64,000 nt of DNA, from NCBI GenBank assembly GCA_963729625.1, contig CAVSOU010000007.1, forward strand, positions 256,001 through 320,000, written 5' to 3'. This stretch comes from an uncultured bacterium. GTDB taxonomy: Bacteria > Chloroflexota > UBA5177 > JANWHV01. Both the position numbers and the translations under genes were made by a program. Positions 20,291 to 29,845 of the stretch are shown in pieces (the stretch's first letter is position 1; every line of letters begins with the position of its first letter). The notes beneath the pieces are model-generated. The model was given only the letters and a program-made list of their open reading frames with translations, had not been told where the DNA came from and did no database searches.

Positions 20291-21743
20291 CTAGTCCCAC
20301 GGCAGCGTGTACAACTTGGTGAAGGTCATGGCGCGCATGGCTTCGATCACGCCCTCTTTCACGCCCAGTCCGCTATCCTTCGTCCCGCCGAAGGGCGTGA
20401 GCTCGGTCCTGTAACCCGGCACTTCGCGAATGTTCACGGAGCCGCAGCGAAGCTCGCGTATGCAACGATTGATCGCTCGCAGGTCGTTGGTCACAACGCC
20501 ACAGGAAAGGCCGAAAGCCGTCGAGTTGGCAGTGCCTATCGCCTCGTCAAGGTCGCGCACCCGGATGACGGGCGCGTACGGCCCAAACGTCTCGCTGGCC
20601 ACGAGCTCGCTTGACGGCGACACCCGATCGAGTACCGCGGGTGTGATCTGCGCTCCCCGTCGCTCACCTCCACACAGCAGCACGGCGCCATCGTCGCAGG
20701 CGGCACGCATGCGGCGCTCGAAGCTCTCGGCGTCGCGCTCGCTGATCACTGTACCCACGTCGGTTGCCGGATCCATCGGATCGCCTGCAACGAGCCTGCT
20801 CGCCGAGTCAGCCAGCTTCCGCGCAAACTGGTCCGCAATGGCGTTTAGTCACGATGATTCGCTTCACCGCCGTGCAGCGTTGACCCGAGTTCTTGAACGC
20901 GCCGTAGGCGGCCAGGCGAACCGCCTCGTCGATGTCCGCATCGTCCAGCACGATCAGTGGATCGTTGCCTCCTAACTCAAGTATGGCCCGCTTGTAGCCC
21001 ATCTCAGAAGCGATGCGCTTTCCGACCTGCGTGCTTCCCGTAAAGCTGATCAGATCTACATCCGGATGCCGCCAAAGCAAGGGGCCGATCTCTTCGGTAT
21101 CGGCGGGGGCGAGCGTGGCGATCGTAACCATGGCGTCAGGCAATCCAGCCATCCGCATCATCTGGGCAAGCGCGAGTGCGGCCAGCGGCGTGCGCCACGA
21201 CGGCTTCAGCACCATCGTGTTATTCGTGGCAATGGACGGCGCCACTTTGTGCGCAACCTGGTTCAGCGGGTGATTGAACGGCGTGATCGCCGTGACAAGG
21301 CGCAATGGCTCGCGCAGGGTGTACGCACGACGGCGCTTGCCGTTCGCCGACGTGTCGCAGGCGAAGACCTGACCATCGTCCCGAAGAGCTTCCATCCCAG
21401 CGAAACGAAACACATCCTGGGCGCGCCGCAGCTCATACGTCGTGTCCTTCATGCAGAGCCCCGACTCCCACGTAATGAGCTTTGCAAAAGCCGTTTCCTC
21501 AGCCTGGAGCTTGTCGGCGATGCGGAGGAGAATCTGCGAGCGCTCGTATCGCGTCAGATCGATGGTAGTCTCCCGCGCGTGCTCGAGGGCAGCCACTACG
21601 TCACTTTGAGTCAGCCGGGGTGCCGACCCGACGACTTCGCCGGTGTATGGATAGCGGACCTCCACATCGCCGCTACCCCAGGTCTCTTTCCCGGATACAT
21701 AGGCGGGCAGACGATATGGCGGGGCGGATTCGATGATATTCAT
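20291..21743 (-). CDS. phnY: Phosphonoacetaldehyde dehydrogenase (frameshift at about 20844-20846)
   Basis: ITPFNHPLNQVAHK, FTGS, LELGGND, KNSGQRCTA, ETFGP, PFGGTKDSG; adjacent to phnA; removing one A restores ...VTNAIADQF...GDPMDP. Confidence 0.85.
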
Positions 21744-22975
21744 TGGTCAACCACTCCGTTCAACAGAAGATCGTAGATGTCGGAGTTGCTCACGCCCTGC
21801 GCGTGCCGGGCAGCGTACTTGGGTGCAAGTGCATGGCTGACGATGACCGGGATAATCTGCTCGTGCCGGCCACCGTGCGAACGCAAGCCGCCGGCAATCG
21901 CCGCCAGGTCGTGTTTGGACGCCGACTTGCCCAGCGCGGTTCTCGCATCCGCCGCGACAGAGAGGTCGCCAATGCGGTCGATTGGGTGCTTGTATATCAC
22001 TGCCGCTTCCTCGCGACTGAACACCTCTTCCACTCCTTCGAGGGCGGCAAGGACGTCGCGCGCGCGATCGCGTTGTGCGGCGGGCACATGCACCCATGCA
22101 AACGAGCCAAGAGCGCCGTGATGTACCACGTACGGGTCGGTGATCGGAAGCACGACACGGTAGTCCCGCAATCCCGCGCCGTCGAACACGTCCTCGAGGT
22201 AATGCACCCGGGGCGAGCCGTCCGGGAGCTGTTTGGCGTTCATGCCGTGGTCCGCGACGATCCCGACGACATATCCGAGGTCCAGGTACTCGCCCAGCAG
22301 CCCGTCAAAGCGCTGGTAAAACGCGTCGGCCATGGTGCCGCCGGGAGCTTGCTTGTGCTGGACGAAGTCCGTCAGCGAGACGTACATGAGATCGATCGGA
22401 CCGACCTTTCGCGACACGGCCAGCCCGATCTCCATTGCATAGTGGCTCATATCCCACTCATATGGTCCCGGGTTTCTGCGGCCAACGAGCCCCACGACGT
22501 CGTCGACGCCGAAGGCTGGAAGGGCGTGCTCATGCGCCTTCTCGGCACTCATCGCCGGGACGCCGCCGGCTGCAAGCAGTCTGCGAAGTTTATCCTTGGC
22601 AGTCACACATAGTACCCGAACTCCTGCTCGATGCATCTCGGCGTGAATTGATGGCGCGCGCAGAAACTTCGGATCGGTGAGTTGCACTTCCTCGCCGGAA
22701 GGGTCCAAATAGTGATTGCCCGCGATGCCGTGGACGCTGGGAGGAACGCCCGTAACGATGGAGAGGTTGTTTGGATTCGTGAAGGATGGCATCTGGCTCA
22801 GGCCGAGATGATAGGCGCCACCGCCCGTCACCATTGCCTTTAGGCGCGGCATCAGGCCGCGGGACAGGCCATCGTCGATGTACTCCGGCGAACAGCCATC
22901 AATCGTGATGGCAACAGTGGGGCGCGTCGGAATGCGATAGTCCCGCGCATTGACTACGATACTCTCAGTCGGCAT
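21740..22975 (-). CDS. phnA: Phosphonoacetate hydrolase
   Basis: IDGC, MPSFTNPNNLSIVTG, TDFVQHK, ADHGMN, ITDPYVVHHGALG, LRSHGG. Confidence 0.93.
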   Translation of the reverse strand: MPTESIVVNARDYRIPTRPTVAITIDGCSPEYIDDGLSRGLMPRLKAMVTGGGAYHLGLSQMPSFTNPNNLSIVTGVPPSVHGIAGNHYLDPSGEEVQLTDPKFLRAPSIHAEMHRAGVRVLCVTAKDKLRRLLAAGGVPAMSAEKAHEHALPAFGVDDVVGLVGRRNPGPYEWDMSHYAMEIGLAVSRKVGPIDLMYVSLTDFVQHKQAPGGTMADAFYQRFDGLLGEYLDLGYVVGIVADHGMNAKQLPDGSPRVHYLEDVFDGAGLRDYRVVLPITDPYVVHHGALGSFAWVHVPAAQRDRARDVLAALEGVEEVFSREEAAVIYKHPIDRIGDLSVAADARTALGKSASKHDLAAIAGGLRSHGGRHEQIIPVIVSHALAPKYAARHAQGVSNSDIYDLLLNGVVDQ

Positions 22976-22985
22976 TTCAACAACC

Positions 22986-24572
22986 TCAAGCGCTAGCTGC
23001 CGCGAAACTGCCCGTCAGGGCGCGCTCCAGCGCCGCCACAAAACCGTGGAGTGCTTCGATCTTCAGCGCGCCGAGTGCACAGACCCGGAAACTGGTCTTT
23101 GCAGCCTCGCCCAGCCCGCCATAGATGATGTAGCCCTCTTTCTTCACCGCGTCATGCAGATAGTCGTACGTGACGCCCTGTGGCAACGGCAGTGAGCGCA
23201 CGCTGCGTGAACGATGCTCGCGCGCGACGCGCGGCTCAAGCCCGAGCCTGCTGAACTCGCGATCGAGGTACTCGACCCGCGCCTGGTAGTAGGCCTGTCG
23301 CGCACCGAGGCCCTCGTCAAGCAATTCGTCCAGCGCTGCCTCGAGCCCGTAGATCGCCGGAATGGCGGGCGTGTACGGGACCGTCCGCTTTGCCTGCGCC
23401 CGGAGATACGCGCCGAGGTCGAAGTAGAGCGAGCGAGGAGGCACGGCATTGATCCTCTCCTGTCCCAGGGGCGACACGAGCAGGAACGCCGCGCCCGGCA
23501 AGCCGTGAAGACACTTGTTCGAGGTGCAGGCTAGGAAGTCGATGCCCGAGTCGTCAAGCTGCAGGTCTTCGGCTCCAAACGAGCTTATGGCGTCCACCAG
23601 CGTGCGAACGCCACGCTTCCGCGCTTCCGCCGCAATCGCAGCCACCGGATTCATCAGGCCCGTCGTGGTCTCGTGATGGATAACGGCAACCGCGTCGATC
23701 CCATCGTCCGCGTCCAGAGCGGCGGCCACCCCGCCGGCATCGATAGGCTCGAGGTCTGGCGCGTCGACGATCACCACTTCAATGCCGGAACGCCGCGCTA
23801 TCGTCGCGATGCGCTCGCCGTAGATGCCATTACGACAGACGAGTAGTTTGCGTCCGGGCCTGGTGGAGCCGCACGTCATCGCCTCCATGGCCGACGTGCC
23901 ACTCCCGGCGATCATGACCATCGCCCAGTCATCACCCACGCCGGCAAGCGCCAGAAGCTTACCGCGCACGCGCTCCAGCATGGTCGAATACTCGGGCTCG
24001 CGATGGCAGAGGTCGGGACCGCCCACCGCTCGGTGCACACGGTCACTGACCACGGCCGGTCCTGGATTGAGGAGCACCCGTTGCCTGTGGGCCCTGGTGC
24101 TGGAGAATCGCTCGGCATCGAGCCCGCCGAATGTCGAAACCTCGACGATGAAGTCGGGCTGAGACTCCAGCAGCGACCTGCGTGCATCCCGCCCCGGGAC
24201 GGCAAGGGCAATAACCGCCCCCACACCGGCGCGATGGCCGGCTGCCATCGCGGCCGAGCTGCTCCCAACTACGCCCACACGCCGGACGTCGTCGATGTGC
24301 GCTGCCTGGAGGGCTTCGAACACGCCAAACGGCGAAGGAGCCGGCGCCCCCTGCACTATCAGGTCGGCGAGAGCGCGATCCGTTCTGTTGATCACGTCGT
24401 CCTTTGTGGCAACGAGTGCGATCCGGCCTCCGTCGGCGCGAATCGCCAAGACAGACGGCTCGAGAGCTTCCGCGTCTGCACGCGGCAGATCACCGGCAAA
24501 GAACACCCAGAGCAGGATTGACCGCTCTGTCGCCCATTCGTGGGCCGTGACAGCTGAAACGGCGAAAGGCAT
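22986..24572 (-). CDS. phnW: 2-aminoethylphosphonate aminotransferase with N-terminal degenerate HAD domain
   Basis: LLNPGP, DLCHRE, GSGT, NGIYGER, HHETTTG, DAISSFG, SNKCLHGLPG; about 160 extra aa at the N-terminus. Confidence 0.88.
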   Translation of the reverse strand: MPFAVSAVTAHEWATERSILLWVFFAGDLPRADAEALEPSVLAIRADGGRIALVATKDDVINRTDRALADLIVQGAPAPSPFGVFEALQAAHIDDVRRVGVVGSSSAAMAAGHRAGVGAVIALAVPGRDARRSLLESQPDFIVEVSTFGGLDAERFSSTRAHRQRVLLNPGPAVVSDRVHRAVGGPDLCHREPEYSTMLERVRGKLLALAGVGDDWAMVMIAGSGTSAMEAMTCGSTRPGRKLLVCRNGIYGERIATIARRSGIEVVIVDAPDLEPIDAGGVAAALDADDGIDAVAVIHHETTTGLMNPVAAIAAEARKRGVRTLVDAISSFGAEDLQLDDSGIDFLACTSNKCLHGLPGAAFLLVSPLGQERINAVPPRSLYFDLGAYLRAQAKRTVPYTPAIPAIYGLEAALDELLDEGLGARQAYYQARVEYLDREFSRLGLEPRVAREHRSRSVRSLPLPQGVTYDYLHDAVKKEGYIIYGGLGEAAKTSFRVCALGALKIEALHGFVAALERALTGSFAAASA

Positions 24573-24586
24573 AGAATGGTCCCCTT

Positions 24587-25372
24587 TCAGGCCATGTGGC
24601 GTGATACCCCGGGTTTCGACGCGCTGTTCTCGACCGCGAAGTCGACCTGGTCCGCCAGGTACCGATCTTCAGACCATTCCAGAGCGACGCCGGTCTGGGA
24701 GAATGCGTGACGGCGAATACGCAGAAGGGGGGTGTGTGCCGGCACGCCGAGGAGTTCCGCGTCGATCATCGACGCCTCCATGGCGCCGATGACGTGCCGC
24801 GCCGACGCGAAAACGACTCCTTGCCGCGCAAGCTCAGCGTAGATTGACGCGCTGTCGAGATCGACACCGATGAGCAATGCGCCGACACCGGACGGAAACG
24901 TCGCGCGCTCGACCATGAGCGGCCGACCGTCCGCTAGGCGCAGGCGCAGCAGGCGGTACACGGCGCTTCCAGGCGCGACCGCAAATGCGGCTGCCTCCTC
25001 CTCGTCGGCTTCACCGGTGGCATAGTCGACAACTCGGGCCGACGGATGCCCACCCAGTGCCTCGATCCAGGCCGAGAAGCTGATTAGCTCGCTCAGCGGC
25101 TGCGTCATGTGCGGGCCCCGCACCGAAAGCTGCCTGCCGCGCGAACCGGAGATGGTCCCATCCGCGCGCAGGGCCGACAAGGCCTGGCGAACGGTGCCGC
25201 GGGCAACGCCGTACCGGCCGACCAGGTCGTGCTCGGACGGCAAGAGCTGTCCGGGAAGCAGGTCGCCCGTCGCGATCTGCTGCCGTATGTCCGCCGCGAT
25301 CCGGCGATGGAGCGGCCGAGGCAAGGGTCCCGCAACCTGTGGTCCTGCGCTGACTGGATCAGACTTGCGCAC
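24587..25372 (-). CDS. GntR/HutC family regulator with UTRA domain (PhnF-like)
   Basis: LPSEHDL...GVARGTVRQAL wHTH plus UTRA domain; GTG start after GGAGAGG; heads the phnWAY operon. Confidence 0.88.
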   Translation of the reverse strand: MRKSDPVSAGPQVAGPLPRPLHRRIAADIRQQIATGDLLPGQLLPSEHDLVGRYGVARGTVRQALSALRADGTISGSRGRQLSVRGPHMTQPLSELISFSAWIEALGGHPSARVVDYATGEADEEEAAAFAVAPGSAVYRLLRLRLADGRPLMVERATFPSGVGALLIGVDLDSASIYAELARQGVVFASARHVIGAMEASMIDAELLGVPAHTPLLRIRRHAFSQTGVALEWSEDRYLADQVDFAVENSASKPGVSRHMA

Positions 25373-25391
25373 GAGGTTCCCCTCTCCAGCA

Positions 25392-25437
25392 ACTTGTCTA
25401 TACAAGTCATTGTGCAGCCACGTACATTGGTTGTCAA
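25392..25437 (-). promoter_or_regulatory. Promoter and HutC-type operator of the GntR-phnWAY operon
   Basis: Minus strand TTGACA-17-CACAAT, followed immediately by near-palindrome ACTTGTATAGACAAGT (GT-N-TA-N-AC core). Confidence 0.7.
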
Positions 25438-25516
25438 GCAGAATGCACCAACGCCAGGGTGATTGCGCGCGTGCATGAACCGGCGTAGACTAGCCGCACA
25501 ACTGCGTGCAGCCCAA

Positions 25517-27100
25517 GTGGTGAAGATGAACGCCGAAGAGATATTCGCCGGCCTGGCCGACAATGTGTTGCACGTCGTCGCCACCCTTGTGCCCGGCTGC
25601 TCGGCTGCCGCCGGCATCATGGTCGCAAGTACTCGGGCCATGCAGCGGGTCGGTGCGGTCGGCGCGCATGCGAGTCTGCTCCTGGAAGGAGCATCCCTCC
25701 TAAGCGCCTATCGTGCCATGAGCGAGCACGCTATGCTGACCACGTCCTTCGACACGGCCGAGACACCCTCCGGATGCCTCGCGTCGGTGCCGATCTGGGG
25801 CAGAAACCGCATTCCACTGGGCGCCCTTCAGGTGCTGGTCGATAGTGGCAGTTTCGATGCTCGCCTGCGAGGCACACTTGAGGCGCTCACTGAGCTGATA
25901 TCCGATGCCGTGTATCACCACAAACTCAATCTGGACCTCCAGCACAGCCTCAATCAACTCTTCCTCGTCTACGAAGTCGGCCGGCAGTTCAATCTGGTCA
26001 GCAGCATGGACGACGTGTTGCACGAGGTTCGGGTCCGACTTTCCGGCACGATGAACTTCCACCATTGCTGCATCATGCTGCTCAACGCCGAGCAGTATCT
26101 CGTGCCGGAAGCCGGCATTGGCATCGATCCGCAGTGGATGGCGGAAGCCAGACCAAAGCTCGAGCGCAGCGTCGCGGCGCTCGTTCTCGAGAGTGGGGTA
26201 GCCGAGCAGGTGACCGACCCCATCGAGCTGGCCGGACTGGATGCGCCGACGCTGGACACCGGGTTGCCGCCCGAAAGCGTTTTGTGCGCGCCCATGCGGG
26301 CAAGAATGGGGGTGATCGGCGTCCTCGAGCTGTACACGTCCGAACCGTACGCTTTCAGCCGAGACGAGAAGTTCCTGCTGTCGGTGCTCGCATCCGAGCT
26401 GGCTACCGCACTGGAAAACTCGCAACTTTACGCCAGCCTCCGGGAAAAGGAAGGCAGACTGACGGTACTGGCGCACAAGCTCATTCACTCGCAGGAGCAG
26501 GAGCGAAAGCGAATTGCGCGCGATATGCACGACGGCCTCGCGCAGATGCTTGTCAGCGCCTACCAGTATCTGCAGGCCCATGCCTACAGTGTTCCTTCCG
26601 GCAAGAGCCGCGAGTCGCTTGACGAAGGACTTTCCACGCTCGCGGAGTGCATCGACGAGTCTCGAAACGTGATCTTCGATCTCAGGCCTTCCACGCTCGA
26701 TGATTTCGGGCTCGTGCATGCGCTACGCCAGTTCCTGCAGCGTACGGAAGTCGAGGCAGGTTGGAACGCACAGCTGGATATCAAGGGTGACATTGGGCCA
26801 ATGCCCCCAGCAACGGAGACGGCGATCTACCGACTCGTCAAGGAAGCGGTGAGCAACGCCCGAAAGCACGCCCAGTCGCCGAGAATTCAGGTCCGGCTGG
26901 CGTCGCGCGCAGGAAACCAGGTCATTCTCGTGCGCGACTGGGGCAAAGGCTTCGACCCGAAGGCGGCACAGTCGCTCGGCAGCGGTCAGTTCGGGATCAT
27001 GGGCATGCGCGAGCGAGTATCATTGTTAAGCGGTTCATTCCGCCTGAGAAGCAGGACTGGCGCAGGCACCGTCGTTCGAATCGTTCTGCCGCTGGAGTAA
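25517..27100 (+). CDS. GAF-domain sensor histidine kinase (HisKA_3 type)
   Basis: ERKRIARDMHDGLAQ H-box, DLRPSTLDDFGL, EAVSNARKHA, DWGKGF, GIMGMRER; start uncertain. Confidence 0.88.
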   Translation: MVKMNAEEIFAGLADNVLHVVATLVPGCSAAAGIMVASTRAMQRVGAVGAHASLLLEGASLLSAYRAMSEHAMLTTSFDTAETPSGCLASVPIWGRNRIPLGALQVLVDSGSFDARLRGTLEALTELISDAVYHHKLNLDLQHSLNQLFLVYEVGRQFNLVSSMDDVLHEVRVRLSGTMNFHHCCIMLLNAEQYLVPEAGIGIDPQWMAEARPKLERSVAALVLESGVAEQVTDPIELAGLDAPTLDTGLPPESVLCAPMRARMGVIGVLELYTSEPYAFSRDEKFLLSVLASELATALENSQLYASLREKEGRLTVLAHKLIHSQEQERKRIARDMHDGLAQMLVSAYQYLQAHAYSVPSGKSRESLDEGLSTLAECIDESRNVIFDLRPSTLDDFGLVHALRQFLQRTEVEAGWNAQLDIKGDIGPMPPATETAIYRLVKEAVSNARKHAQSPRIQVRLASRAGNQVILVRDWGKGFDPKAAQSLGSGQFGIMGMRERVSLLSGSFRLRSRTGAGTVVRIVLPLE

Positions 27101-27125
27101 CGGCGAAGCAATAAGGAGTCCAACC

Positions 27126-27560
27126 ATGCAGCCGCCACAGCCCGATGCGCCATTGATTCTTGTGACCGAGGACAATCCCCTCCACATGAAGATATTTGCG
27201 CTCAACTTGACCTTCAAAGGATATCGCGTGCTCGAGGCTGAGAATGGGCTGAAGGGCCTTGAGCTCGCAAAGAAAGAAGTACCGGACTTGATGCTGGTCG
27301 ATCTTACCCTTCCCAAGATGGAGGGATGGGAGATGGTGCGCAGGATAAAGGCGGACCCGCAGACAGCCCACGTGCCGGTTATCGTCGTGTCCGCGCGGCG
27401 GCCGCAGGACGAAGAGCACGAAGCCCGCGAGCTAAAGATCGACCACTACGTCTCCAAGCCATTCAATCCGGAACATCTGATGGACCTGGTCGATCAGACG
27501 GTGCGGAAATCTCGCGCCAATCGAGCGGACCAGCACAAACACGAGCCCGCGGAGTCCTGA
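27126..27560 (+). CDS. Single-domain response regulator (CheY/DivK-like)
   Basis: LVTEDN, DLMLVDLTLPKMEG, SKPF; no output domain. Confidence 0.88.
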   Translation: MQPPQPDAPLILVTEDNPLHMKIFALNLTFKGYRVLEAENGLKGLELAKKEVPDLMLVDLTLPKMEGWEMVRRIKADPQTAHVPVIVVSARRPQDEEHEARELKIDHYVSKPFNPEHLMDLVDQTVRKSRANRADQHKHEPAES

Positions 27561-27671
27561 CCTGCGGCCGTGCCAGGTTGCCCGACACACTCCAATACGC
27601 CGCGTGCGTAGTATCGCGCATCCACAACGCGCTGGAAGGCGGTGCGAGAGAAAATGGGGATGTGATTCATA

Positions 27672-28430
27672 TCACGCCGTTTGGGTCAGGCGGCGATGCA
27701 CTTTCTGAAGCGGGTTCACAACCAACGCCTTCCCACTTTGCCGCACGTAGTCGCCTACTGGAACGCGGGGATGAGGCAGCGGTAGCTCGCCGGCGACCGT
27801 GCTCTTGGCTGCCAGGCTCGCTCGAAAGTCGGCACTGCTCGTGCCGTCGTACTCGGTGTAGGCAGTGCCGATGCGGCAGAGAAAATGCGCGTCACTGCCG
27901 CCTACCTCGGCAAGGCCCCACGCAGCGTTGAGATGCAGAAGCTTGGCACGCGAAAATCGTCCAGCGGGAGAGGGATTGAGCGTCTCAACCGCGGCAAGCG
28001 GGAATCCTCTGGCCAGCAGGCGCTCGATCTGGCGGCGGCCCATGCTCGGCGTCAGCGGACTGAGCGGGTGCGGCGCGATGACGATTCCGCCTTTGCGCAG
28101 TATCTCGTCGCACGTATGCTCTAGCGATCTGAGAGCAGGGATTCGCTCTTCGATGAACAATGCAAGCACGTGAACGCCAAACGCGGTAGTCACCTCCGTG
28201 CCGACAATAAGATCGAAATCGTAGTGCCCACGCGCATGCAACTCTCGCGCCGCGTGAGCCCCAGCCACACTGTCGTGATCGGTTATGGCGATGAGATCAA
28301 GCCCGTGGTTCTGAGCGAAATCCAGCACTTGCCGCGGAGTCGAAAGCCCGTCGCTGAACGTCGTGTGCACGTGGATATCGCCGCGGCTTCGTCGCGCCAC
28401 GGGAGGCGCGCCGATTTCCGAATCGCTCAT
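27672..28430 (-). CDS. PHP-domain metallophosphoesterase
   Basis: DIHVHT..SDG, ITDHD, PHP, GGSDAH. Confidence 0.85.
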   Translation of the reverse strand: MSDSEIGAPPVARRSRGDIHVHTTFSDGLSTPRQVLDFAQNHGLDLIAITDHDSVAGAHAARELHARGHYDFDLIVGTEVTTAFGVHVLALFIEERIPALRSLEHTCDEILRKGGIVIAPHPLSPLTPSMGRRQIERLLARGFPLAAVETLNPSPAGRFSRAKLLHLNAAWGLAEVGGSDAHFLCRIGTAYTEYDGTSSADFRASLAAKSTVAGELPLPHPRVPVGDYVRQSGKALVVNPLQKVHRRLTQTA

Positions 28431-28476
28431 CAAGCCATGCCTCTCTCACCACTCACCGCGCACAGAGGTTCGAGGG

Positions 28477-29832
28477 TCAGCTTTCGAGCATGATCGACAG
28501 CGGATCTTCGAGCAGCTCCTTGACCCGAACCAGAAATCTTACCGCCTCATTGCCGTCCACAATGCGGTGATCGTACGACAGCGCCACGTACATCATTGGG
28601 CGAATCACAACCTGACCGCTTACGGCGATTGGGCGCTCCTCGATCTTGTGCATACCCAGAATGCCGACTTGCGGCGTATTCAAGATAGGTGTCGAGAGCA
28701 ACGAGCCAAATACACCTCCATTGGTAATCGTGAAGGTGCCGCCGACCAAATCAGCCAGGCTGAGCTCATTGTTGCGCGCCCGCGTCGCCAGGTCAACAAT
28801 TTCGCGCTCGATCTGACCGAAACCCTTGAGTTCCGCGTCACGAAGGACCGGTACGACCAATCCCTCGGCAACCCCAACCGCAATGCCGATATCGTAGTAC
28901 GACTTGAGCACGATTTCGTCACCCTGAATCTCGGCATTCAGGTTTGGAAAGGCCTTCAGCGCCGCGACTACCGCCTTTGTGAAGAAACTCATGAAGCCCA
29001 GGTTCACGCCGTGCAAGGCCTTGAATGAGTCTTTCCTCTTGGATCGCGCCTCGATGATTGCGGACATATCGACTTCATTGAACGTCGTCAGCATGGCGGC
29101 TGCATGCTGCGCCTCGAGCAACCGCCTGGCGATCGTCTGCCGGCGACGAGACATGCGGACCCGCTTCTCACGCGCCCCACGATCTGCTGTCGTCGGCCCA
29201 GCCACGGTGGGTTGCGCCGGCGCCGCACCCGCCACGACACCTGCAAGCGTCTCAGTCGCCTTCGGCGGTGATGCTGGCGTGGACTGCCCCGAGCTCGCCA
29301 AACGCGGCGCCGCTGACGCGGGGGCAGGCGCCTGGTCGCCGTTCATGGCAGTGGCGACGTCAGACTTCGTGACGCGGCCGGAGATGCCTGTACCGCGGAT
29401 CGCGGCGATATCGACATTGCCTTCCTGCGCAATTCGTCTGGCCACAGGCGTGGCCGACACATGTGCGCCTACCGCATCAGGGAGCCCAGCCTCAGCGGCG
29501 CCGGCCTCCCGAACCCGCGGAGAAGTGCCTTCGGCATCCCTCACGGCGGGATCGACCGGGCGGATGACGGCAGCCGCGCCTTGCGGTACGTCAGATGTCG
29601 CATCCATCGTCCCCAAAACCGTTCCGACACCGACCGTTTCACCGGCAGTCCTGAGAATCTCCCCCAGTACACCGCCCTGCTCGGCCGGAACTTCGAGATT
29701 GACTTTCTCAGTCTCGAGCTCCACAATCGCTTCGCCCGGTGTGATCGTGTCACCGATACTCTTCAGCCACTTGCCGACGACTGCTTCCATCACGGATTCG
29801 CCCAGCACCGGCACCACGATCTCAACAGCCAT
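28477..29832 (-). CDS. sucB: 2-oxoglutarate dehydrogenase E2 dihydrolipoamide succinyltransferase
   Basis: Lipoyl ETEKV, E3-binding [30 protein letters not shown]. Confidence 0.95.
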   Translation of the reverse strand: MAVEIVVPVLGESVMEAVVGKWLKSIGDTITPGEAIVELETEKVNLEVPAEQGGVLGEILRTAGETVGVGTVLGTMDATSDVPQGAAAVIRPVDPAVRDAEGTSPRVREAGAAEAGLPDAVGAHVSATPVARRIAQEGNVDIAAIRGTGISGRVTKSDVATAMNGDQAPAPASAAPRLASSGQSTPASPPKATETLAGVVAGAAPAQPTVAGPTTADRGAREKRVRMSRRRQTIARRLLEAQHAAAMLTTFNEVDMSAIIEARSKRKDSFKALHGVNLGFMSFFTKAVVAALKAFPNLNAEIQGDEIVLKSYYDIGIAVGVAEGLVVPVLRDAELKGFGQIEREIVDLATRARNNELSLADLVGGTFTITNGGVFGSLLSTPILNTPQVGILGMHKIEERPIAVSGQVVIRPMMYVALSYDHRIVDGNEAVRFLVRVKELLEDPLSIMLES

Positions 29833-29845
29833 ATTGCAGCACTCC

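Noticed and set aside
20840-20850. Split phnY
   Set aside because: One extra A in a short run; catalytic Cys/Glu motifs and the C-terminus are intact; same error type as in the GH94 gene
7182-27600. Genomic island integrated at tRNA-Thr
   Set aside because: Accessory content, but no integrase, no duplicated tRNA 3' end noticed and no obvious composition shift
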